This document shows, one piece after another, positions 1-8,429 of a stretch of 64,000 bases of DNA. Positions within the stretch are counted from its first letter, which is position 1; every line of letters starts with the position of its first letter. A program made the translations under genes and the position numbers. Source of the stretch: Squalus acanthias (taxonomy: Eukaryota); assembly GCA_030390025.1 (NCBI GenBank), contig CM059431.1, positions 117,554,001 through 117,618,000 of the forward strand, read 5' to 3'. The notes beneath the pieces were generated by a model that was not told where the DNA came from, ran no database searches, and saw nothing but the letters and a program-made list of their open reading frames with translations.

Positions 1-95
1 TAAACCTGACAGCATTCTGCTGAAATAAAAGCTGTTTGAACGAAATTTTGTGTTTTCTCCTTATTAATCAAATCGCGATAATTGCGAATTCTACA
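1..95 (-). repeat. 3' LTR (first 95 nt only)
   Basis: Starts TGTAGAATT on the minus strand directly after a purine tract; 94/95 identical to 7674-7768. Confidence 0.95.
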
Positions 96-105
96 GTCCC
101 TCCTG
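96..105 (-). other. Polypurine tract
   Basis: Minus strand CAGGAGGGAC immediately precedes the TGTAG of the 3' LTR. Confidence 0.7.
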
Positions 106-339
106 TTGATGCGAATAACTCCGCTTATCGTATCAAAAAAATCTCAGTGGTGAGCAATCTTATCTCGATTTCACTCCGAATCCAGTAAATTAATCCCATA
201 AATTTTAACTTAACTAGGGTCTCTGTGTCATCCTCATTTCCCAAGAAAATCACATTTTATATCACCGTAGGCATCATTTGCCCTTAAACTTACACCACTT
301 GTTTTCCTTTCCGGCGTAACCAGGCCGATACCTCACGCA

Positions 340-513
340 TCACCTGTATATTTGTCTTTTATTCAAGGAAAGGAAAAACAAAACCCAAAACCAAACAATC
401 AACACCATCACCAAAAATAAACAAATCCCAACTCTTAAACATGTCGAGTTTCCAACGTATTTACAATGAGTACAAACTTCCGCGGCGCACGCGGCGAGCG
501 GGAGTGGCGCCAT
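340..513 (-). CDS. Candidate 57-aa single-pass membrane accessory protein
   Basis: AAAATGG start just after the env stop; Cys-rich N-terminus, hydrophobic VGICLFLVMVLIVWFWVLFFLSL, basic tail. T-rich composition could mimic this. Confidence 0.3.
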   Translation of the reverse strand: MAPLPLAACAAEVCTHCKYVGNSTCLRVGICLFLVMVLIVWFWVLFFLSLNKRQIYR

Positions 514-520
514 TTTCCGA

Positions 521-2317
521 TTACACGGTGCTCTCATCGTGCACGCGCACGTAACGTTCTCGCCACTCTCCCGTGTTTTCATGCTTGGTGAGGCGCTTGT
601 CTCTTTTACAATGTATGACCAATAGGTACACTACAATAAACACTTGACAGACGACTAAAATGTGGGAGGCTATTCTGATCCATGAAGGCACTTCAATATT
701 CGTGAACAGATTCCACCACGGTGGAACCACTATGTCCAAAATGTCTGTTCCTATCTCGACAGTTTTCTGCTCTAACGTATAAAAATGCTTCTGTGATACC
801 GCGACGGCTTTCAGAAGTTTGGTTAAATGCTCAGGGAGAGGGGGAATGAGGTATCCAAAATGCGCGACAAATTGCTGCAAGTCGGTGAAATTCTCTTTTA
901 CTGTGAGATGAACAGTGGATGGTTCAGGGATTGGGATAATTCGCTGTTGTGCTACTTGAACTTCAGCCCTGGGTTTAAAACAGAAACTGCTGTCACTCAC
1001 CGGACACCGGCTACGGTTTCCATGCTGGTAGTGTTGCGCTGCAGTGGTAACACAATATGTTCCACCCCCGATGTATGCTACCTGCGGAGGCACATGATCT
1101 TGTGCCATTGCCTCCATGGTGCAATTCATGGACTTGGCGCCAGCCGTTCTGAACCCGCACTGTGGTGTTAAAAAGGCATTCAAGTGCTGGGGGCACAGTA
1201 TTATGTGTGCTCCCCTGCCACGACAACCAGAGAGATCTGTACCTGTCATCGTTTGCTCCCAGCGGATGACGTAAGGTGGAACCGCTGCATAACGAATGTG
1301 GGCTCCCCCCTGAATGACACCAATGTTCTCTACCCGATATACCGGGGCGGGCTTTGCTGTGTTGCCCAAAACCGGCATGCGTAATACTATTCCCATAATA
1401 GTATGGTTTGAACGTCCGCAGTCCACGGGGACTGGGTAAGCTTCTGAAGCTAGCCTGAGCTGGCACGGACTTAATGCGTTCTGAAAAGGGTGAAGCGCCC
1501 GTAGGTGTTTGTTACTTATCCAGGACGGAACCAAACCTTGTTTTAAATCCTCCAAATTACTGCGGCCCTCGCCCAGTAACCACGCCCCGTAAAGCACGCA
1601 CACCTCGTTCTGCGCAGCTTGATCGGATGCATTCCGATCTTCCCTAATCAGGGCATTTACCGTACGCGCATGTTTCTCCAGCTCTGCTATGATTTCCTTT
1701 AAATGGAGAGTCATGGCTTGGTCCTCGTGTAGACCTGACCCTACCACTTTATTCTCATCTGTTAGAATGTCTTTTAACTGTGTTTTTAAACCATTAATCT
1801 GGGTCTGCAGCTCCACACTGTCTAGAGCGTTGACCACAGATGTCCCTGTGTTAAAAGCAGTGAACGCATCGTTCACCACACCCCTTCTTTGTCTCCCCAC
1901 CTGACCCAAAACTTCGTGTGGTGCGGTGTACAAGCTTGTCTTGTCAATTTCTGCAAAATCAAACTCGTAAAATTGTCTGAACATCTTGGTCAACAGGACC
2001 TGATACAACTGTTCCGTCTTTTTGGGGCACCACTCCGGTAACCGTACCTCAGTGAGATTTAAAATCACCGAGGCCACCGCGTAATGTACCCCCTGAAATA
2101 GTATCTGGTCTGTGGGGACCAGTACCAAACCGTTCCCGGGTCCCTTACTAGTTTTAGGGCACCCTTCTTCCTCAGTTAGAACCACCGGAATCGTGGGCGG
2201 GGCTTTGCGTGGGCGCGTAATGAGCTCAGTGGCATTTACTGGGATCGGGGAGAATGGGGCTCCGCACCCCCTGGTGCTCGCATCCCACCTCATCCCCTGT
2301 CCGTTAAATCCCCTCAT
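521..2317 (-). CDS. env: Envelope glycoprotein main part, class I fusion protein with F-like architecture
   Basis: Furin site RQRR (1883-1894), then a putative fusion peptide GVVNDAFTAFNTGTSVVNAL, heptad repeat, long Cys-rich domain, second helix, TM (IASHILVVCQVFIVVYLLVIHC) and short tail; several N-x-S/T sequons. Confidence 0.88.
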   Translation of the reverse strand: MRGFNGQGMRWDASTRGCGAPFSPIPVNATELITRPRKAPPTIPVVLTEEEGCPKTSKGPGNGLVLVPTDQILFQGVHYAVASVILNLTEVRLPEWCPKKTEQLYQVLLTKMFRQFYEFDFAEIDKTSLYTAPHEVLGQVGRQRRGVVNDAFTAFNTGTSVVNALDSVELQTQINGLKTQLKDILTDENKVVGSGLHEDQAMTLHLKEIIAELEKHARTVNALIREDRNASDQAAQNEVCVLYGAWLLGEGRSNLEDLKQGLVPSWISNKHLRALHPFQNALSPCQLRLASEAYPVPVDCGRSNHTIMGIVLRMPVLGNTAKPAPVYRVENIGVIQGGAHIRYAAVPPYVIRWEQTMTGTDLSGCRGRGAHIILCPQHLNAFLTPQCGFRTAGAKSMNCTMEAMAQDHVPPQVAYIGGGTYCVTTAAQHYQHGNRSRCPVSDSSFCFKPRAEVQVAQQRIIPIPEPSTVHLTVKENFTDLQQFVAHFGYLIPPLPEHLTKLLKAVAVSQKHFYTLEQKTVEIGTDILDIVVPPWWNLFTNIEVPSWIRIASHILVVCQVFIVVYLLVIHCKRDKRLTKHENTGEWRERYVRVHDESTV

Positions 2318-2798
2318 CCGGTTCCCACCATTTGTCCCAACAGACTTTCACTTGTCCGTCTGTCCCCGTAATTGTCCGATGGGTATTATTACCCAGTCGT
2401 TCCCACTCGACCGAAGAGTTTCTCATAGTTTTGCTCAGCTTTCGCAGCCACCACCATCGGCTCAATGGGACATCCCCACTACAGGTCAAACAAATCCGTT
2501 TGCCGACGGTGACGCTGATCCTGGGTGCGATGATCCGTACTTTGGGGCACATTAAAGAAGTCTCTTTGTAGGCGAACCCCGATGTGCTGGAATACTCCGT
2601 TGAGTTCGTTCCCAGCCATCCTGGCCACCTTCCCTTGTGGAAATAGGTGCTGGTCCCCTCTGCCTTCCGTCTTCCGGTCCCATCCACCGCGATGGGGGCC
2701 GTGTCCCCGGAACATCCAAACACCACGACATCCTTGGTGTGGCCTCGATAGGCCAATCCACATCCGATTGCCACGAGCAATACTAGAAGTCGTTCCAT
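2304..2798 (-). CDS. Env N-terminal part (signal peptide plus possible Ig-like domain), frameshifted from 521-2317
   Basis: Signal peptide MERLLVLLVAIGCGLA; ISVTVGKRICLTC...WWW...DEGI*. Removing one A from ATT TAA C gives DEGIY-GQGMRW, in frame with env. Putative acceptor TCACAG|G at 2812. Confidence 0.75.
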   Translation of the reverse strand: MERLLVLLVAIGCGLAYRGHTKDVVVFGCSGDTAPIAVDGTGRRKAEGTSTYFHKGRWPGWLGTNSTEYSSTSGFAYKETSLMCPKVRIIAPRISVTVGKRICLTCSGDVPLSRWWWLRKLSKTMRNSSVEWERLGNNTHRTITGTDGQVKVCWDKWWEPDEGI

Positions 2799-2983
2799 CC
2801 TTCCTTGGTTCCTGTGATCAGATAGAATGAGGTAGCCAGCCTCGCAAAAAGTCTCTGGCTGTTGTGAAGGGTGAGCGGGTCCCCTGACCTCGCCTCACGT
2901 AAACTTCAACGTTTGCTGAATAGACTTCCTCTAAACCTAGCCTTAAAACTCCCATCATTTTATCGTTATCTGTTAAAACACTA

Positions 2984-3058
2984 CAAACTTAACCTTGAAC
3001 TAATAAACTTAAAACTTAACCTTGAACTATAAACTTAAAACCTTAAACTAATAACTTT
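2984..3058. repeat. Imperfect AT-rich tandem repeat (AAACTTAACCTTGAACTA-like) between ORF2 and env
   Basis: Two near-identical units plus partial copies. Confidence 0.7.
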
Positions 3059-3088
3059 ACAGTGCCGCCCGTTCTCAGGGCGGCCCCT

Positions 3089-4270
3089 TTAAATTCTGAG
3101 AAGGCTGCTGCGAGCTCTTCCCGACGGTGGGAGGGCACTGACCCTTCCCTCTGATCTGCCGCAGCCTGTTGCTGCGCTGACCCTTTCCTCTGATCTGCCG
3201 CAGCCTGTTACTGCTGCGATGTGGCCTGTCTCTACCCGGGTTATCTTAACCTGAATTTTACGCCTTGGGGCAGTCTGGGGACATGACCACATCCTCCTGG
3301 GCTGGGGTTCTCTGCTTGACCTACGGGGAGTTGCTATGGGCGGGGGTTCCGTGACGGACGGACCGGGTTCCGAGACCTCCAACGGGATGACCTGGGGTTC
3401 CATCACAGTCGCCGGCTCCGCCTCCGCTGACTCCGCCTCCCTAACCTCGGGGCTGGCATTTCGTGGCTCCGCCCTGCTCGGCCCAGCAGGCGGCCCTTCA
3501 CTCGTGATCTCTGCCTCCTCTGAGGACTGGACGTTCAAAGCGGGCGGCCACACCTCTGGGAACCACATTGGTACTCTCTGTGCTCCTATAGCGGCTGGCC
3601 CTGCCTCCTCTAGCTCCTCCCTCCTGTTGTCGGGACCTGCAGCTTGTGTGTCCACCCCGTGTGGATCTCTACCTATCGGCCCCATTCCTCCCAGACCGTT
3701 CCTCAGGAACCACCCGTCATCATCACTATGCTCATCTGCACTATCCTCATCTGACCAGGGTACCCTGGGTTCTTCGTCATCTAACCCCCAACTCCAGAAA
3801 AACGCTGCATGATCGTCCGGGATGTCCCTTCCCCTGATGCAAGCTGCTACGCCTGCCTGTGTGCCTTGTGGTCCTACCTGGGGCTGTGTTTTCCCACTCG
3901 CAGGTCTGGCCCCTCCCTTAAGACAGGCCACCGCCCCTGCTTGTTTCTGTGAAATCTCACCTGCTGGAGGCTGCAGATTTCTATCCTGTTTTAAATACTC
4001 ATACTCCCTGCTCCTGGCTACCCTGTAGGCTGTTTTTATCTCTCTAAGCTGCTCTTCTAGCCTGAGCACGTCTAACTTTCCCATTGCTCGGGCGTTCTCC
4101 TCCCGCAGGGTCTGCTCTCTAAGCTGCCCTTCCAGCCCATCTATTTTCCCTATTAAGCGGGCGTTCTCCTCCCGCAAGGCCTGCTCTTTTAACCTGGCCT
4201 CCTCACCGCAGACCCCCTCCTGTGCGTGTCTTTTAAAAGGACACAGGTAGGCAGGCTGCGTGGGCTCTAG
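3089..4270 (-). CDS. ORF2: 393-codon in-frame readthrough extension of Gag; coiled coil, acidic/Trp-rich and Pro/Glu-rich; not Pol
   Basis: After the gag TGA (4273-4271) the frame continues CTA GAG CCC ACG... for 31 open codons into the listed 3089..4177 ORF, which starts at TTG, not ATG. Confidence 0.8.
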   Translation of the reverse strand, partial: LEPTQPAYLCPFKRHAQEGVCGEEARLKEQALREENARLIGKIDGLEGQLREQTLREENARAMGKLDVLRLEEQLREIKTAYRVARSREYEYLKQDRNLQPPAGEISQKQAGAVACLKGGARPASGKTQPQVGPQGTQAGVAACIRGRDIPDDHAAFFWSWGLDDEEPRVPWSDEDSADEHSDDDGWFLRNGLGGMGPIGRDPHGVDTQAAGPDNRREELEEAGPAAIGAQRVPMWFPEVWPPALNVQSSEEAEITSEGPPAGPSRAEPRNASPEVREAESAEAEPATVMEPQVIPLEVSEPGPSVTEPPPIATPRRSSREPQPRRMWSCPQTAPRRKIQVKITRVETGHIAAVTGCGRSEERVSAATGCGRSEGRVSALPPSGRARSSLLRI

Positions 4271-6082
4271 TCATTGGGTACTATTAGACGGTCCTGCGGC
4301 ACCTACGGGGCCGGTTGCGACCGCCACCTGTCCACGCGCATTCAAAACCATCTTGCGCATGGCTCCTAACACTGCTTCGAGGTCGTCGGGAGAGGTGGGT
4401 GCCTTTGCTTCCTTAGGCGGGACAGGCGCCTGGGCTCGGACCGCGGGATTTTTATCCTTGGAATCCTTCCAAGGGTTCCTGCAGTGCTTGCGCCAGTGCC
4501 CTGTCTTCCCACACCCGTAACAGGCATTACTTGCCTGTGGGGCGCGATTACCCTCCTGATGCCACTCTCTTTGAGCCGGGGCTGCGGGTCGTACCTCATG
4601 TACTCTTCCCTTAAAGGGACGTGTCGTCATACCCCTTATGTTACGGTAACCTAACGTGAGTCGATTCAAGACCGACTCTTCCGTAAGGTTGAGGTCATTG
4701 GGATCGAACCAGGCTTTTGCCTGCTCTCTAACGGCTGGTAAACTGTTGGCTATTATGCACCTAAGCCAATGAATTAAAGCGGCGCCTTCCACATCTTCGC
4801 GCTCGGGCGCACCTAGACAGCTGCGCTCATATACTGGCCACAGCCTGTCGGCAAAAACCTTCGGGGGTTCTCCCTCCATCTGCACTGTCTGTCCCACTCT
4901 AGCAAACGGACCTCCGTCGTTCGCTCCCACTACTTCTAGGACCTCATTTTTCAATTCCTCATAACTTTTGTTTCCCCTCTTGCTCTCGCCTGAGAGACAC
5001 TGAAGGACCGAGCTGTCTAATGAGAACAGCAGCATTTTTGCTGTCTCCCCATCATCGCAGCCGTTAATGGCTGCGGCTTGCTCAACTTCCCTGAAATGTA
5101 CGGAAGGGTCGTCTATCTCGGTCAGCTTCCTTACGTGGTTTATCATGGCTCTCAGCTGATGTGAACTGTGAGGCAACACCAGCTGTCCGAGGAGATCCCC
5201 CGGTTCTTCCCCACCGTTTCTGCTTGGGCCCCTTTTAATCCCCGTTACTGGATACAACGATCCCTTTTTTACTTCCTTTTCAACGGGCTCTTTTGTTTCT
5301 TCCGTTGCTTCCTCCCTAACCCAGGTTTCTGAATAGCTGGGTGGCGCGGAGGGCGCAGTGGCTACTACTTCTTCTGCTTTACTTGGTGGGGAATTTCTAA
5401 ATCTCTCATTTACTAGCGGCTGGCGCGCCGACGGATTGATAAGGCACACCATGCCGTTCGCATTATTCACGGCCTTTTTGAGGCTCTCTATCTCTTTTTG
5501 GCAGGCGCTATGGTCGGCTCCCTGAAACTTATCCTCAAGGGCCAACTTATACGCCGACCTAACCCCCATTAAGCTCTCTTCTTGAGTTCTTATCTGGGCA
5601 GCTTGGCGGTTACATCTTTCCTTCATCCTACTCTCGTTCAATTTTGCTTCAGTGATCTGGCACTCGAGATACTCTACCCTTGTTTTAAGGTAACTGGAGA
5701 CTTCCTGGCTTTCCTGGCGTAACTCATTTAAATTCTTAATGAGCACCTCCCCTCCAGAAACCTTCTCCTCCATTTCTCCCTCTAAATGGCTGATACGAGC
5801 TGTTAGCGCTGTAATGGTCTGGTTTGAAATCTGAACCTGCCTTTTGTAGCACATAAGCCAGACTGCTTTCTCAACTGCCTTTTTATGCTCCTTACTATCT
5901 GTCCACCTTTCAGCTGCCTCTAGTGGGCTCTTATCCGCTAACAATTCACTTATCCACTTTTTAGTTAGATTAACCTTTCCAAACACATAATCCGCTATCT
6001 TTTCCTGCATAACATTTCGTACCGTCATTCCAAAATCTAACACACTACCCTCTCGCTGCCAGTGTCCTGCCGCGGTCGCCAT
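4271..6082 (-). CDS. gag: Gag polyprotein, 603 aa
   Basis: Long N-terminal coiled coil; PSAPPSY (5333-5353); MHR-like QMEGEPPKVFADRL; CCHC knuckle CYGCGKTGHWRKHC (4481-4522); position directly after the PBS. Confidence 0.93.
   Translation of the reverse strand: MATAAGHWQREGSVLDFGMTVRNVMQEKIADYVFGKVNLTKKWISELLADKSPLEAAERWTDSKEHKKAVEKAVWLMCYKRQVQISNQTITALTARISHLEGEMEEKVSGGEVLIKNLNELRQESQEVSSYLKTRVEYLECQITEAKLNESRMKERCNRQAAQIRTQEESLMGVRSAYKLALEDKFQGADHSACQKEIESLKKAVNNANGMVCLINPSARQPLVNERFRNSPPSKAEEVVATAPSAPPSYSETWVREEATEETKEPVEKEVKKGSLYPVTGIKRGPSRNGGEEPGDLLGQLVLPHSSHQLRAMINHVRKLTEIDDPSVHFREVEQAAAINGCDDGETAKMLLFSLDSSVLQCLSGESKRGNKSYEELKNEVLEVVGANDGGPFARVGQTVQMEGEPPKVFADRLWPVYERSCLGAPEREDVEGAALIHWLRCIIANSLPAVREQAKAWFDPNDLNLTEESVLNRLTLGYRNIRGMTTRPFKGRVHEVRPAAPAQREWHQEGNRAPQASNACYGCGKTGHWRKHCRNPWKDSKDKNPAVRAQAPVPPKEAKAPTSPDDLEAVLGAMRKMVLNARGQVAVATGPVGAAGPSNSTQ
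6064..6081 (-). other. Primer-binding site for tRNA-Arg(UCG)
   Basis: Plus strand GTCCTGCCGCGGTCGCCA equals the 3' 18 nt (with CCA) of vertebrate tRNA-Arg-TCG as I recall it; lies 5 nt from the LTR end (...TTACA GAAAA TGGCG). Confidence 0.88.
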
Positions 6083-6086
6083 TTTC

Positions 6087-7768
6087 TGTAAGGGATTCTC
6101 CTGACCCTGCGTGTCTCGTAGCCTGTGAGATTCACGCGGCTCTGTGCAGCCTGTATGTCAGTGCGGGTCTAGGCCTGGTTGCCTGTTCTGGTCTCCAGCC
6201 GGTCTGGGAACACTAGACACACCTGTGAGTGGTTCGAATCACTCTCCCTTACGGTTCTAGACACTGGACTTAGATGCGAGAGCAGTAATGGAGATAAAAC
6301 TCATGTAGACTTGGTTTGAATGGTACGAAATGGAAAATCTTTATTGCATGATACTTAAAATTATGAAATACATGTCATACGCACAGATTAATGACAGTAC
6401 AATTCTGACAAACGGTTATAATCAATCTTAGGGAAACGAGGAACGAACGGCACAACGTAAATAGGGCACACATTACAAATATCCTTAATCTTTAAACCCT
6501 CCCCTATCAATATCTATCCTAAACTAGCTTCGTAGGATCTCGAGACTCATGCTCACCACTCGTAATAACTCGGAGAAATCCCGAATAGCTGATCGGATGT
6601 TTTTCACCGCAGCACCCACGTGTCGGTCAGGAGATCTCCCGGTCCCACTTGTTTACTGGCTTCTGCTGCTCGGGCTAGTAGGCTGGACCGTCTGCTGTAG
6701 TGAAGACCTCTGTTGGTTGACTTCACAGTTTAGTCGAGGAGCACCGTTGTCAATATCATTGATACGATGTGTTTGCACAGTCCAGTTATCATTGATGCAA
6801 TATGCTTTGTTAGAAGTTTAAAGAAGAAAACTTCCTGTCGAGAAGACTTGGCTGATCGACCTACAGGCGCGGTCGGGATTTACTGACCGTGGCGATGGAT
6901 ATGGTCTTCTTCTCTTCTCCTCTCATCTCATCTCATCTCATCTCATCTCGGGCCTTTGGTTCCGCTGCCAGTTACCAACATAGGTCTTCGTTACGCGACA
7001 CGAGGTAGATCCGAACGGATCAGAAAGTTCAACAGTCTTTTACACAGGAGCAGCCACGAGGTTACGAACCGACCGGATAAAACACAGGAGCAGCCACGAT
7101 GATAAGAGCAGCAAGCGAGCAAGAGCGGCAAGAGAGCGAATGGACGGTTTGGGGCCTGCAATTATAGTGCAAAAATCTTCCGTTTCCCGCCCAACTATAA
7201 TGTCCATTCTTTTGTTTAGGGTTTGGCGCCCAAATGTCTTGTATGGGTGATCTCCGTTCTTAATGGGTTTCGGGGCTACTCATGAATGTTTGAGTACCTG
7301 TTAATATTTCTCCCATTGTTAAATCGGTCGGTGTTCTCCCTGGAGGGGTTTGGGGCTTCCAAGTGTCCTGTATAACTACCTGCTAACGGCTCTCTCATCG
7401 TAGAGCCGTTGGGAGTTTACATATTAATGTCCTTTGGATGGGCCCTTAAGTACTTGGTACAATGGCTTTCCTTTGCACCTGGGAGACCGATTCCAGTATC
7501 TATGTTTATACTGCAAACCCATAATGTCCCGTGTATTATCTTCACTGTGCTGAATCGTTATCGATCTTGCAAAAAAATGTTTAATGGAACGCCATCTTGT
7601 CTGCCTGTTGAAAAGTCTAGAATGTTCTGTCACGAGGTGCGGCGGCCATTTTACAGGCTGCTTGTGTCCAATTTAAACCTGACAGCATTCTGCTGAAATA
7701 AAAGCTGTTTGAACGAAATTTTGTGTTTTCTCCTTATTAATCAAATCGCGATAATTGCAAATTCTACA
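6087..7768 (-). repeat. 5' LTR, 1682 bp (TGTAG...TTACA)
   Basis: Right boundary from the match to 1-95; left boundary inferred from the CA end next to the PBS; AATAAA at 6345-6340. Confidence 0.85.
7161..7229 (-). promoter_or_regulatory. Putative LTR core promoter: TATAAT, ETS (CGGAAG) and two E2F-type sites
   Basis: TATAAT on the minus strand at 7166-7161; CTTCCG 7177-7182; TTTCCCGC 7183-7190; TTTGGCGC 7222-7229. Confidence 0.45.
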
Positions 7769-8429
7769 GAACCAAAGCATTTTATTACAAATATTCCTAA
7801 TATTTACAGGCTATTATATCCACATCCACAAGTGAAGATAAGATGACTTCTGCTGCTTAGTTCATTGCTGGTCCATCTCAGTTACAGCATTCTTCAGATA
7901 GCCTTGAATCAGTGTTCGTTAAGGTGAGAGAAGTTAATGCTGAGGAATGAATTTCAGGGATCCAGCATCAAATAATCCCAAAACAGGGACAATATGATTA
8001 AAACAGTGGAAAGCTCCCTCGACTCCGCTCCAAAAATATACATCAGCCCCAGCCTCGGAAGAGCAACCCCTACTGTCCCATATGACATTTTCCCAGTTCT
8101 CACATCAATCAGCCTGTAACATTTTGGAGTGAGATTGCCAATCAGTACCATAAGGTCATTTGGGCTATGGGCTCATCCTCACCACCCTTACGTGGGAGAG
8201 CAAATTGAACAATTGGGCAGAAAATCCAGAGGGCTGCAAATCGGGTGTGCTGACCTGTCTGGCCGATTGGCTGATTTGCCCTGCTGTTGACTGAGTCTCC
8301 GTGCCGGGAGTGCTAAGTTACAAAGCTACCCCTAAATCACGAGTTGAGTTTGGCAGCAGCGTGTTATCAGCAAAAAGAAATTTGTAGTTTTATTTCTGTT
8401 GCAGGTATTTCTGATAGAATAACAGTGTA

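Larger units (their letters stand above)
1..7768 (-). mobile_element. Pol-less, env-bearing LTR provirus (lokiretrovirus/Gypsy-like); 3' LTR runs off the left edge
   Basis: Direct repeat 1-95 = 7674-7768 (one mismatch). Minus-strand order: LTR, PBS, gag, ORF2, env, PPT, LTR. No protease, RT (YxDD) or integrase motif recognised in any listed ORF. Confidence 0.93.

Noticed and set aside
2984..3058. CRISPR-like array
   Set aside because: No unique spacers; simple tandem duplication in a eukaryotic provirus.
4231..4238. TTTAAAA as a -1 frameshift site after gag
   Set aside because: Not in X_XXY_YYZ register with the reading frame, and the zero frame is already open.
827..4520. Plus-strand ORFs antisense to env, ORF2 and gag
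   Set aside because: Short shadows of GC-rich coding sequence with no motifs.
6225..6250. GGTTCGAATC as a tRNA gene or Pol III B box
   Set aside because: No cloverleaf or convincing A box; treated as an LTR hairpin.
6304..6312. TGTAGAC as the 5' LTR boundary (good inverted match to the other end)
   Set aside because: No tRNA-complementary sequence is adjacent, whereas 6087 is 5 nt from an 18-nt PBS. Only the full 3' LTR, outside the window, can settle it.
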